Under the pieces are notes generated by a model, which was given only the letters and a program-made list of their open reading frames with translations, had not been told where the DNA came from and did not search any database. A stretch of 64,000 nucleotides of DNA, from positions 13,370 to 77,369 of the forward strand of contig CAZNWY010000006.1 in assembly GCA_964577105.1 (NCBI GenBank). The letters are read 5' to 3'. Source of the stretch: an uncultured Flavobacterium sp. Lineage in GTDB: Bacteria > Bacteroidota > Bacteroidia > Flavobacteriales > Flavobacteriaceae. The position numbers and the translations under genes were made by a program. The first letter of the stretch is position 1; each line of letters begins with the position of its first letter. Of this stretch, positions 20,427 to 29,399 are shown in pieces.

Positions 20427-21770
20427 ATGAATTCAAATCCACATTCGACCAATTTACTTCTAAATTTAGGCATTGAACGTTTAAACGAAATGCAAGAAAT
20501 AGCGCAAGATGCTATTTTAAACGATACCAATGTTTTATTATTGTCTCCCACAGGTTCGGGAAAAACAATAGCTTTTTTGTTGCCTATTTTTCAAATGTTG
20601 GAAGAAGATTGTAAAGATGTTCAATGCTTGATTTTGGTTCCCTCACGCGAATTAGGTTTGCAAATTGAGCAAGTTTGGAAGAAAATGGGAACCGATTACA
20701 AAGTAAATGTTTGCTATGGCGGACATTCTATTGAAACAGAAATCAAAAATCTCTCCAATCCACCAGCTATTTTAATTGGAACGCCAGGAAGAATTGCAGA
20801 TCATATCGATAGAGGTACATTTTCTACCGATGCCATTCAAACGTTGATTTTAGACGAATTCGATAAATCGTTGCAACTGGGTTTTCACGAGCAAATGTCG
20901 TTTATCATTTCAAGATTAAATAAATTGAACAAACGTGTTTTGGTTTCAGCAACTTCCGATATTGAAATTCCGAAATACACACGAGTAATTAATCCGACGG
21001 TTTTAGATTTTATTCCAACCGAAGAAGAGCGTTCTAATCTTTATTTGAAGATGGTAATTTCTGAAGAGAAAGATAAAATCAACTCACTTTTCAATTTGAT
21101 TTGCTCCCTAAAATCGGAAGCTGCCATAATTTTTTGCAACCATCGCGATGCTGCCGAACGCATTAGTGATACTTTAAACGAAAAAGGAATTTTCTCGACG
21201 TATTATCATGGTGGTATGGATCAAGACGAACGAGAACGAGCGTTGATTCAGTTCCGAAATGGCAGCATAAGTTATTTAGTCACCACCGATTTAGCCGCTC
21301 GCGGATTGGATATTCCTGAAATGAAACACGTGATTCATTATCATTTACCGTTAAAAGAAGACGAATTCACGCATAGAAATGGTCGAACGGCCCGAATGTT
21401 AGCTTCTGGAACAGCCTATGTTATTATCCACGAAAGTGAAAAAAAATTAGACTATTTAGATTATGAAATGCCAGTTTTGAATCTGAAAAGCGCTACAACT
21501 TTACCAAAACCTCCCGAATTTCAAACGATTTATATCAGTGGTGGCAAGAAAAACAAGTTGAATAAAATAGACATTGTTGGATTCTTTTCTCAAAAAGGAA
21601 AATTAGAAAAAGGCGATTTGGGTTTGATTGAAGTCAAAGACTTTATTTCGTTTGCGGCAGTAAAATCTAAAAAAGTAAAAGAATTCCTTGCTAACATTCG
21701 TGATGAAAAAATGAAAGGTAAAAAGTATAAGATTGAAGTTGCACGAAAAGTGGTTAAGAAAGATGAATAA
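20427..21770 (+). CDS. DEAD-box-type ATP-dependent RNA helicase with DbpA-like C-terminal RNA-binding domain
   Basis: 447 aa. Motif I is SPTGSGKT, motif II DEFD, motif III SAT and motif VI HRNGRTAR. The C-terminal domain (IYISGGKKNKLNKIDIVGFF) is of the DbpA type. Confidence 0.9.
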   Translation: MNSNPHSTNLLLNLGIERLNEMQEIAQDAILNDTNVLLLSPTGSGKTIAFLLPIFQMLEEDCKDVQCLILVPSRELGLQIEQVWKKMGTDYKVNVCYGGHSIETEIKNLSNPPAILIGTPGRIADHIDRGTFSTDAIQTLILDEFDKSLQLGFHEQMSFIISRLNKLNKRVLVSATSDIEIPKYTRVINPTVLDFIPTEEERSNLYLKMVISEEKDKINSLFNLICSLKSEAAIIFCNHRDAAERISDTLNEKGIFSTYYHGGMDQDERERALIQFRNGSISYLVTTDLAARGLDIPEMKHVIHYHLPLKEDEFTHRNGRTARMLASGTAYVIIHESEKKLDYLDYEMPVLNLKSATTLPKPPEFQTIYISGGKKNKLNKIDIVGFFSQKGKLEKGDLGLIEVKDFISFAAVKSKKVKEFLANIRDEKMKGKKYKIEVARKVVKKDE

Positions 21771-21772
21771 AG

Positions 21773-21828
21773 ACACAGATTTCACAAATTAGCACAAATT
21801 GATCTGTGTAAATTTGTGAAATCTGTGT
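21773..21828. terminator. perfect 18-bp inverted repeat between convergent genes (bidirectional terminator candidate)
   Basis: ACACAGATTTCACAAATT (21773-21790) / AATTTGTGAAATCTGTGT (21811-21828) with a 20-nt loop. Confidence 0.7.
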
Positions 21829-21832
21829 TGTA

Positions 21833-22285
21833 TTAAATCTTCACCGAATCCGGAACTAAAACGGTGTAATCGCCATTATTTCTTATAACATCTCTAACAA
21901 TACTTGATGAAATATAAGAAGTTTTTGAGGCAGTTAATAAGAAAACAGTTTCTATTTTAGACAAACGTCTGTTAGTGTGCGCTATGGCTTTTTCAAATTC
22001 AAAATCGGCTGGATTTCGTAAACCACGAAGAATAAAATCAGCGTTCAATTTACGGCACAAATCAATGGTTAAGCCTTCATAGGTAATGACTTTTACTTTG
22101 GGTTCGTCTTGAAATGCTTCTTCAATAAAGCGTTTTCTATCTTCTAACGAAAACATGTATTTCTTTTCGGCATTGATTCCGATGGCAACAATTACTTCAT
22201 CAAATAGAGAAATTCCTCTTTTGATAATGTCGTAATGTCCATTCGTTATTGGATCAAAGGAACCTGGGAATATTGCTCTTTTCAT
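21833..22285 (-). CDS. coaD: phosphopantetheine adenylyltransferase
   Basis: 150 aa with the N-terminal nucleotidyltransferase motif PGSFDPITNGH. Confidence 0.9.
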   Translation of the reverse strand: MKRAIFPGSFDPITNGHYDIIKRGISLFDEVIVAIGINAEKKYMFSLEDRKRFIEEAFQDEPKVKVITYEGLTIDLCRKLNADFILRGLRNPADFEFEKAIAHTNRRLSKIETVFLLTASKTSYISSSIVRDVIRNNGDYTVLVPDSVKI

Positions 22286-22893
22286 TAGTCTCTGTTGATT
22301 GCGTATATTTCTTTATTTTGATACATTTTTCGAATTTCCTCAATAGAATAACCATATAAATTTTTGTAGTTTTCAGGTTTATCAATATCATCAATTCCAG
22401 AGGTTTTATTAGTTTCCATTTCGTTTAAAAAAACATGAAGACTATCTTTTAGTACTTTTTCAACTTTCATTGTTGAGTAAAACCCAGGATTGGATTCGAA
22501 TCGATAAATATCGCCAACTTTTGGAGCCTTTAAATATTCAGCTTCCTGTTTTTCGGTTTCTCCTGAGGTATAGATTCCAAAAGCAACTAAAATTGCAATT
22601 ATAAATAAGCCTGAAAACATCCATATAGGATATTTTACGGGACTTTTTTCTTTTTCTCTTTGAAATTTGATCTTAATTCCTTCTGGTAAATCTTTGTATT
22701 CGTATGTTTTTTTACAAGAATTGCATTCAGAAACAGTTATTTTGCTTATTGGAAAAAAAGGTATCCAATAAATATGTGCATATTTTCCAAAGACACTATA
22801 TATCATTGATGTATTAGTTCCACAATGTGGACAATCAACATTAATTATTTGTCCGTTTTTGATACTACTCGCTTTTGTTCCGTAAAAAATCAT
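22285..22893 (-). CDS. zinc-ribbon membrane protein of unknown function
   Basis: 202 aa with the CxxC pairs CPHCG and CNSCK, then one TM helix (IWMFSGLFIIAILVAFGIY). Its stop overlaps the coaD start by 1 nt. Confidence 0.55.
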   Translation of the reverse strand: MIFYGTKASSIKNGQIINVDCPHCGTNTSMIYSVFGKYAHIYWIPFFPISKITVSECNSCKKTYEYKDLPEGIKIKFQREKEKSPVKYPIWMFSGLFIIAILVAFGIYTSGETEKQEAEYLKAPKVGDIYRFESNPGFYSTMKVEKVLKDSLHVFLNEMETNKTSGIDDIDKPENYKNLYGYSIEEIRKMYQNKEIYAINRD

Positions 22894-22931
22894 GTGGTTT
22901 GATTTTGGTTAGTTTCTTTTTTTTTGAAAAA

Positions 22932-23918
22932 TTACTTTTTCCAAATTAGTTTTCTTTGTAAAGCTAAACTAATTTCGTTATCCAACAAATCACTCATTGC
23001 CATTTGAGCATATGCCGCTTGTTGTGGGAAAATGCTCTGTGGCGACAAACCTGGATTGGTATTGATTTCTATAAAATGCGGAATGTCATTCATTACAATA
23101 AAATCGGTTCTCGAAAAACCACTCATTCCCAAGGCTTCGTAAACTTTTTTAGCGGTTTCTTCAATTCGAATTTTTATTTCTTCTGAGATATTGGCTGGGG
23201 TTATTTCTTCTGATTTTCCCAAATATTTGGCTTCGTAATCAAAAAAAGCGTTCTGAGATAATATTTCGGTCATTCCCATAACTTTAGTTTCTCCTTTATA
23301 ATTCATAACGCCAACAGAAATTTCACGACCGTTAAGGTACGATTCTATTAAGATATCGGTGTCTTCGGCAAATGCAAAATCTAGTGCTTTTTGAAAATCA
23401 TCTAAAGTCGAAACCATAGAAACTCCTAACGAACTTCCCGACTGGTTTGGTTTAACAAAAAAAGGCAAACCCAATTCTGCAGCTACTTCAGCACCGCTAA
23501 TGTTATCACCTTTACTCAAATAAATAGATTTTGCTTTGGGAATATCGAATTTGGATAACACAGAAAGCGTATCTCTTTTGTTGAACGTAAGTGCCGATTG
23601 GTAAAAATTACATCCAGTATACGGAATTCCGAGTAATTCCCAGTACGCCTGCATGTGTCCGTCTTCGCCAGGTGTTCCGTGTATCGTGTTTGAAATAACA
23701 TCAAAATGAATCGTTTCAGCATCTTTTGTAAAACTAAAATCAGCTTTGTTTATAGGATATTTTACGCCATCGACCAAACAATACCAATCGTTTAAAAGAA
23801 TATGAACTTCATAGATTTGATATTTGTTTTTATCAAGGTTGTTCAAAATTAATTGACCACTTCGTAATGATATTACAGATTCATCTGAATATCCGCCCAT
23901 AACTACAGCTACATTCAT
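22932..23918 (-). CDS. ddl: D-alanine--D-alanine ligase
   Basis: 328 aa, ATP-grasp layout, with an N-terminal GG.S.E..VSL.S region and a C-terminal EINTNPGLS motif. Confidence 0.9.
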   Translation of the reverse strand: MNVAVVMGGYSDESVISLRSGQLILNNLDKNKYQIYEVHILLNDWYCLVDGVKYPINKADFSFTKDAETIHFDVISNTIHGTPGEDGHMQAYWELLGIPYTGCNFYQSALTFNKRDTLSVLSKFDIPKAKSIYLSKGDNISGAEVAAELGLPFFVKPNQSGSSLGVSMVSTLDDFQKALDFAFAEDTDILIESYLNGREISVGVMNYKGETKVMGMTEILSQNAFFDYEAKYLGKSEEITPANISEEIKIRIEETAKKVYEALGMSGFSRTDFIVMNDIPHFIEINTNPGLSPQSIFPQQAAYAQMAMSDLLDNEISLALQRKLIWKK

Positions 23919-23974
23919 TCGTTTTAATTTAAATTACAATACAAATTTAGTACAAATGTTGAAACTAAAAATTA

Positions 23975-23982
23975 TATCTTTG
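23975..23982 (+). promoter_or_regulatory. -7 promoter motif (TAnnTTTG)
   Basis: TATCTTTG lies 17 nt upstream of the ATG at 23999. Confidence 0.45.
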
Positions 23983-23998
23983 CGATAAATATATTTAT

Positions 23999-24619
23999 AT
24001 GAGTTTACGTCAATATCTAACCAGTAAAGTTTTTGTTGCACAAATTTTAGCCGCCTTGGCTATAATTGCAGTTATTGCTTTTTTGTTTTTTCATTGGATC
24101 ACGTTTGTAACCAATCATGGCTATGAAATTACGGTTCCGAATTTAGCTAAATTGAACGAACAACAAGTGGAGCAAAAATTAGACGAACTTGATTTAGATT
24201 ATCAAATTATTGATACCGTAGATTACAATCCTAATTTTCCTAAACTTTCTGTAGTACAACAAGAACCTACAGCCGGTTCAAAAGTAAAAGGAGGAAGAAC
24301 AATTTACATAAAATTGAATGCTTCTACATTTAAAATGGTTGCGGTTCCAGATTTGATTGAAAAAACGTATCGTCAAGCGGTACCCACTTTGAAAGCAGTT
24401 GGATTACAAGAAGGTACCATAAAATACATTCCTTATATTGGAAAAGATATGGTGCTGGAAATGTGGATGAACGGTAAAAAGATAAAACCAGGAACAAAAG
24501 TGTTGAAGTCTTCTAAGATTGATCTTGTTCTTGGCGATGGAAAAGTAGTGTTTAACGATACAGAGTTGGATTCGATTCCAACTAAAACACCTTCAGATAC
24601 GATTCCGAATGAGCAATAA
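23999..24619 (+). CDS. PASTA-domain membrane protein
   Basis: 206 aa with an N-terminal TM helix followed by three PASTA-like units of about 65 aa each (VPNL.., VPDLI..). Confidence 0.65.
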   Translation: MSLRQYLTSKVFVAQILAALAIIAVIAFLFFHWITFVTNHGYEITVPNLAKLNEQQVEQKLDELDLDYQIIDTVDYNPNFPKLSVVQQEPTAGSKVKGGRTIYIKLNASTFKMVAVPDLIEKTYRQAVPTLKAVGLQEGTIKYIPYIGKDMVLEMWMNGKKIKPGTKVLKSSKIDLVLGDGKVVFNDTELDSIPTKTPSDTIPNEQ

Positions 24620-25646
24620 TTTAGAGTTACAAGAACCCGAAGAAGAACTTTTTGAACATCATAAATTTGAAGTTCCAAAAGGACAATCTTTAACGCGAAT
24701 CGATAAATATCTTACTTTTTTGATTCCGAATGCTACCCGAAATAAAATTCAAGCGGCGGCAACTAATGGCGATGTTTATGTAAATGATATCCCAGTAAAA
24801 TCGAATTATAAAGTAAAACCTTTTGATGTCATTCGAATTTTATTGTCTCATCCACCATTTGAAAATAGGGTAGATCCCGAAGACATTCCATTAGATATTG
24901 TTTATGAAGATGATGCTTTGTTGGTCATTAACAAACCAGCCAATTTTGTCGTTCACCCAGGTCACGGAAATTATACAGGTACTTTAGTAAACGCATTGGC
25001 ATTTCATTTTGATAATTTGCCAATGAACAGTTCAGAACGTCCAGGATTGGTACATCGAATTGATAAAGATACTACTGGATTGTTGGTAGTAGCCAAGACA
25101 GAGGCTGCGATGACGCATCTAGCGAAACAATTTGAAGATAAAACATCAGAAAGAGAATATATTGCTTTGGTTTGGGGAAATGTAAAAGAAGATGAAGGAA
25201 CGATAACCGGGAACATTGCACGTCATTTGAAAGATCGAATGCAAATGGCTGTTTTTGAAGATTCTGAAATAGGAAAACACGCTGTAACTCATTACAAAGT
25301 TTTGGAACGATTTGGTTATGTAACTTTGGTTTCGTGTAAATTGGAAACGGGTCGTACGCATCAGATTCGTGTTCACATGAAACACATCGGACATACTTTG
25401 TTTAACGACGAACGTTATGGTGGTAATTTGATATTGAAAGGAACAACGTTCACCAAATACAAACAGTTTGTAGATAATTGTTTTAAAACATTGCCACGTC
25501 AGGCTTTACATGCCAAAACGCTCGGTTTTATTCATCCAGTTACGGGTGAAATGATGCGTTTTGATTCTGAAATACCCAAAGATATGACCGATTGTATTGA
25601 GAAATGGAGAAATTACTCTAAGTCCAATGCTTCCGAAGAAGAATAA
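24609..25646 (+). CDS. rluD: 23S rRNA pseudouridine synthase, RluA/RluD family
   Basis: 345 aa with an N-terminal S4 domain and the catalytic motif HRIDKDTTGLLVVAK. It overlaps the PASTA gene by 11 nt. Confidence 0.9.
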   Translation: MSNNLELQEPEEELFEHHKFEVPKGQSLTRIDKYLTFLIPNATRNKIQAAATNGDVYVNDIPVKSNYKVKPFDVIRILLSHPPFENRVDPEDIPLDIVYEDDALLVINKPANFVVHPGHGNYTGTLVNALAFHFDNLPMNSSERPGLVHRIDKDTTGLLVVAKTEAAMTHLAKQFEDKTSEREYIALVWGNVKEDEGTITGNIARHLKDRMQMAVFEDSEIGKHAVTHYKVLERFGYVTLVSCKLETGRTHQIRVHMKHIGHTLFNDERYGGNLILKGTTFTKYKQFVDNCFKTLPRQALHAKTLGFIHPVTGEMMRFDSEIPKDMTDCIEKWRNYSKSNASEEE

Positions 25647-25681
25647 AAAAAGAGCTTTAGGATTTCTAAAGCTCTTTTTTG
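25646..25681. terminator. bidirectional rho-independent terminator
   Basis: AAAAAGAGCTTTAG / CTAAAGCTCTTTTT perfect hairpin between convergent genes. Confidence 0.85.
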
Positions 25682-25701
25682 TTATGAGAAATTATCGCTA
25701 C

Positions 25702-26805
25702 TTAATTAACAATAATTTTCTTTGCTATAGATTGATTTTCTGAATTCAATTTCAAAATATAAAACCCTTGAGGTATATTTTCTAAGGTATACGAATTGTT
25801 ATTGAAAATTGGATTTTTGATTTCCATAATTAATTGTCCGCTAACGTTAATCAATTGAATGTTATCAATTTTATTCTCAGTATCAATATTGATTTTGTGA
25901 TTGTTAGCAGGATTTGGATAAATAGAAATGGCTTTTATTTCTGCAGATGGATTGCTAAGTGCTGCACAATCATTTTGCCAGATTTGACAAACATATTCTG
26001 GATGATCAATATACGGATTTCTATTTCCTTGTCTTGCATATACGGCGTTATTACGCGCTATTTCTCTAGCATTTACGGGATCTTGTAAGTGCCATGTAAT
26101 TAAGATATTTAAAAAAGTATTAGAATAGGAATGATCACTTGTGCCATCAAACATTACTTTTGCAGTAGAACTTGTCGCACCATAAAAACCAACTAATTGA
26201 TTCTCGTAACGAGTAACAAAATAAAGTAAACAACGTGCAATATCACCTTTAAATTCATCTACTGGTTCAAAAACGGTTTGAGAATAACCAGCAGAATAAC
26301 CAGAATTATTGTTGTTTCCAAATTTTGAACCATTCATTGAAGTCCATGTTACATTACCAACACGTCCATAAGGAAAATCATCTCTTTTGCCATTAACTTT
26401 ACCATCGGTTGGTAAAACAAAGTGCGCATCAGAATACATAGGTTGTACGCCATTTCCAAAATAACTCTGCGGAATGGTGTGCTCTCTATTATAACAATCA
26501 CCTTCATTGGTGTAAGAACCACATTGATTTGAAGAATAGATAAATGTATATGGATCTGGTCCTGTTGGATTTTCTGAATACACGTCTAAAACAGTATTGT
26601 CGTTTTCATAAAACAAATCTCTATCAGATGTAGCATAAGTTGTCCATAAACCAGCATAACCTTGATCGGTATGGTTTTTTATAATATTATACAATTGAGT
26701 TTTCAATGTATATCCGGTACCTGTTGCACTATTATAATAGCCATTAGGTATTTGAGCAACGGCAAAAAAGTTGCAAAGCAGTAAGAGGTAAAAATATTTT
26801 TTCAT
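25702..26805 (-). CDS. secreted endonuclease I family nuclease with T9SS C-terminal sorting domain
   Basis: 367 aa with a signal peptide and an endonuclease I-type core (NREHTIPQS, CLLYF). The C-terminal ~80 aa (SIYPNPANN...GFYILKL...KIIVN) match the type A T9SS CTD pattern. Confidence 0.75.
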   Translation of the reverse strand: MKKYFYLLLLCNFFAVAQIPNGYYNSATGTGYTLKTQLYNIIKNHTDQGYAGLWTTYATSDRDLFYENDNTVLDVYSENPTGPDPYTFIYSSNQCGSYTNEGDCYNREHTIPQSYFGNGVQPMYSDAHFVLPTDGKVNGKRDDFPYGRVGNVTWTSMNGSKFGNNNNSGYSAGYSQTVFEPVDEFKGDIARCLLYFVTRYENQLVGFYGATSSTAKVMFDGTSDHSYSNTFLNILITWHLQDPVNAREIARNNAVYARQGNRNPYIDHPEYVCQIWQNDCAALSNPSAEIKAISIYPNPANNHKINIDTENKIDNIQLINVSGQLIMEIKNPIFNNNSYTLENIPQGFYILKLNSENQSIAKKIIVN

Positions 26806-26811
26806 ACAATT

Positions 26812-28026
26812 TTATTTTTTTCGTTCTAAAAGTGCCATGTAAAATCCGTCAAAACCCGATTGTGAGGCAAGTATTTTAGAATCTTTTATAAAGGTAAAGT
26901 TTTTCCCGTTTTCAGTCTTTAAAAACTTTTCGACTTGTTCTTGATTTTCTGAAGGTAAAACCGAACAAGTAGCATACACTAATTTGCCTCCTGGTTTTAC
27001 TATTTTAGAATAATTTTCTAAGACTTCGGCTTGTACTTTTCTAATGTTATCAATAAATTCTGGTTGTAATTTCCATTTAGCATCAGGGTTTCGTTTTAAA
27101 ACTCCAAGACCGCTACAAGGTGCGTCAATTAGAACTCTATCAGCTTTTTCGTGTAATTTTTTAATTACTTTGGTTGAATCTATAATTCGGTATTCTATAT
27201 TAAAAGCACCATTTCTTTTAGCACGAAGTTTCAATTGTTTTAATTTACTTTCATACAAATCCATGGCGATTAGCTGACCTTTATTTTGCATTAAAGAAGC
27301 CATGTGTAATGTTTTTCCACCAGCTCCTGCACAGGTATCAACAACGCGCATTCCGGGTTGAACATCTAAAAAAGCTGCCACTAATTGCGATGAAGCATCT
27401 TGAACTTCAAATAAACCTTCTTTGAAAGCATCGGTTAAAAATACATTAGCTCTTTCTTTAAGTACCAAAGCATCGGGTTGATCTTTTAAAGGTTCGGTTT
27501 CGATGTTTAAATCCATCAAAATAGCACGTAACTTTTCTTTGGTTGTTTTTAAGGTATTAACTCTTAAAATAACTTGAGCTTGTTTATTTTGTGCTGCTAT
27601 TTCTTTGGTCCAAAGTTCTTCACCCAATTCGGATACACCCAATTCATCCATCCAATCTGGAATGGATTCGCGCATTTTTCTGATTTTAGATAATTCGTCG
27701 AATTTCCCTTTGATTTTGCGCTCTGGCGTTCCTTCTAACTGTCTCCAATCTGGAATTGGGTAGCCTCTTAAAACGGCCCAAACAGCAAAAATGCGCCATA
27801 AATCGTCTCGGTCAAAAGGTTCTTTTACATTGGCTATTTCGGAATATAATCGTTTCCATCGCACGATTTCATAGATGGTTTCGGCAACAAATTTTCTGTC
27901 GGAACTTCCCCAACGTTTGTCTTTTTTCAAAGCTCTTGCTACTACTTTATCGGCATATTCACCTTCATTAAAGATGGCATTTAGCGAATCAATAGTAGTG
28001 TAAACTAAATTTCGGTGTAATCTCAT
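26812..28026 (-). CDS. NOP2/Sun (RsmB/RsmF-like) RNA m5C methyltransferase
   Basis: SAM motif VVDTCAGAGGKT and catalytic Cys motifs DAPCSGLG and YATCS. I prefer the ATG at 28026 to the TTG at 28062 used by the ORF track. Confidence 0.8.
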   Translation of the reverse strand: MRLHRNLVYTTIDSLNAIFNEGEYADKVVARALKKDKRWGSSDRKFVAETIYEIVRWKRLYSEIANVKEPFDRDDLWRIFAVWAVLRGYPIPDWRQLEGTPERKIKGKFDELSKIRKMRESIPDWMDELGVSELGEELWTKEIAAQNKQAQVILRVNTLKTTKEKLRAILMDLNIETEPLKDQPDALVLKERANVFLTDAFKEGLFEVQDASSQLVAAFLDVQPGMRVVDTCAGAGGKTLHMASLMQNKGQLIAMDLYESKLKQLKLRAKRNGAFNIEYRIIDSTKVIKKLHEKADRVLIDAPCSGLGVLKRNPDAKWKLQPEFIDNIRKVQAEVLENYSKIVKPGGKLVYATCSVLPSENQEQVEKFLKTENGKNFTFIKDSKILASQSGFDGFYMALLERKK

Positions 28027-28073
28027 TGTTTTAAAAAATAACTTTATTTGGACTTTGTCCAAGAGTCAGCTAG

Positions 28074-28081
28074 CAAAGGTA
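28074..28081 (-). promoter_or_regulatory. -7 promoter motif (TAnnTTTG) for the methyltransferase gene
   Basis: The minus strand reads TACCTTTG, 47 nt upstream of the ATG at 28026. Confidence 0.4.
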
Positions 28082-28160
28082 TTGCTTTTTTATATTTTAA
28101 TTTGTGAAATTTTAAAATGTTTATAAAATGCAGATATTGAATACATTCAAATGAATTTTC

Positions 28161-28168
28161 TATATTTG
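28161..28168 (+). promoter_or_regulatory. -7 promoter motif (TAnnTTTG)
   Basis: TATATTTG lies 20 nt upstream of the ATG at 28188. Confidence 0.45.
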
Positions 28169-28187
28169 AATTCACTAATTTCTTATT

Positions 28188-29363
28188 ATGAAGAAAGTAA
28201 TCCTTCTGCTAATTGTTTTATTGAGTTCAGTCACTTGTATACAAGCTCAAACCTATTCGATAGGGCACACAACTATTAATTTTGTTGATTCTTCTAGAAG
28301 TAATAGAAATATTCCTACGGAAATTTATTATCCTGCAGATGTGTCGGGTGATAACGTTGCATTTACTACGTTGAATAATTTAAAATTTCCAAGTTTGGTT
28401 TTTGGACACGGATTTGTGATGACATGGGATGCCTATCAAAACTTTTGGAACGCCTTAGTGCCAAGCGGTTATGTTATGGCTTTCCCAAAAACCGAAGGTT
28501 CATTTTCACCATCACATCTAGAGTATACTAAAGATTTGGCATTTGTTGTTGATCAAATGAATTATTTGGGCACACAAAGTTCGTCTATTTTTTTTAATCG
28601 CATAAGTCCGATGAATGCTGTTATGGGGCATAGTATGGGTGGTGGAGCTTCTTTTTTGGCGGTTCCATTGAATTCGAATATCACTACATTAGTAAATTTT
28701 GCGCCAGCAGAAACTAATCCATCAGCCATTACAGCCAGTACTTCTGTTACAATTCCAGCTCTTATATTTGCAGGAGCTAATGATTGTGTAACACCTCCAA
28801 GTTCTAATCAATTACCCATGTATAATGGATTGGCTAGTGCTTGTAAGACTTTAATAAACATTATTGGTGCAAGTCATTGCCAGATGGCCAATACAAATAC
28901 CTTTTGCAGTTTTGGAGAATCTACTTGTTCTCCTTCACCAACAATTACTAGAACAGTGCAGCATACCATTTTATTTAATTATTTGTTGCCATGGTTGGAT
29001 TTTCAATTGAAAGGGAATTGTGCTCAAGGTGCTTATTTTGATTCTCAAATTGTCTCCGATACTGCTATTACGTATCAAAAAAACTGCATTCAGTGTAATG
29101 TTTTGAATTATAATGAAATGAGTGCACAGTCAAATCAAATCGTATTATATCCAAATCCTACAAAAGATAGTATTACTATAAAAGGACTTACTTTGAATGA
29201 GTATGCAATAAAAATTACTGATGGTAATGCTAAAGTAATTTTACAGCAAAAGTTTGTGGAGAGTTGTACTATTGATATTTCAAAATTTTCGGCTGGAATA
29301 TATTATTACAGTGTTATTGGATCCAATAAAGAAATAAAAAACGGCAAGTTCATTAAGAAATAA
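28188..29363 (+). CDS. secreted alpha/beta hydrolase of the cutinase/PETase-like (dienelactone hydrolase) type with T9SS C-terminal sorting domain
   Basis: 391 aa with a signal peptide. The triad context is GHSMGGG (Ser149), GANDC (Asp199) and GASHC (His230), colinear with cutinase/PETase-type esterases. The C-terminus LYPNPTKDSITIKG...GIYYYSV...GKFIKK is T9SS CTD-like. Confidence 0.7.
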   Translation: MKKVILLLIVLLSSVTCIQAQTYSIGHTTINFVDSSRSNRNIPTEIYYPADVSGDNVAFTTLNNLKFPSLVFGHGFVMTWDAYQNFWNALVPSGYVMAFPKTEGSFSPSHLEYTKDLAFVVDQMNYLGTQSSSIFFNRISPMNAVMGHSMGGGASFLAVPLNSNITTLVNFAPAETNPSAITASTSVTIPALIFAGANDCVTPPSSNQLPMYNGLASACKTLINIIGASHCQMANTNTFCSFGESTCSPSPTITRTVQHTILFNYLLPWLDFQLKGNCAQGAYFDSQIVSDTAITYQKNCIQCNVLNYNEMSAQSNQIVLYPNPTKDSITIKGLTLNEYAIKITDGNAKVILQQKFVESCTIDISKFSAGIYYYSVIGSNKEIKNGKFIKK

Positions 29364-29399
29364 ATAATGAATTTGCCGTCTCTATTTTGATTTTATTGG

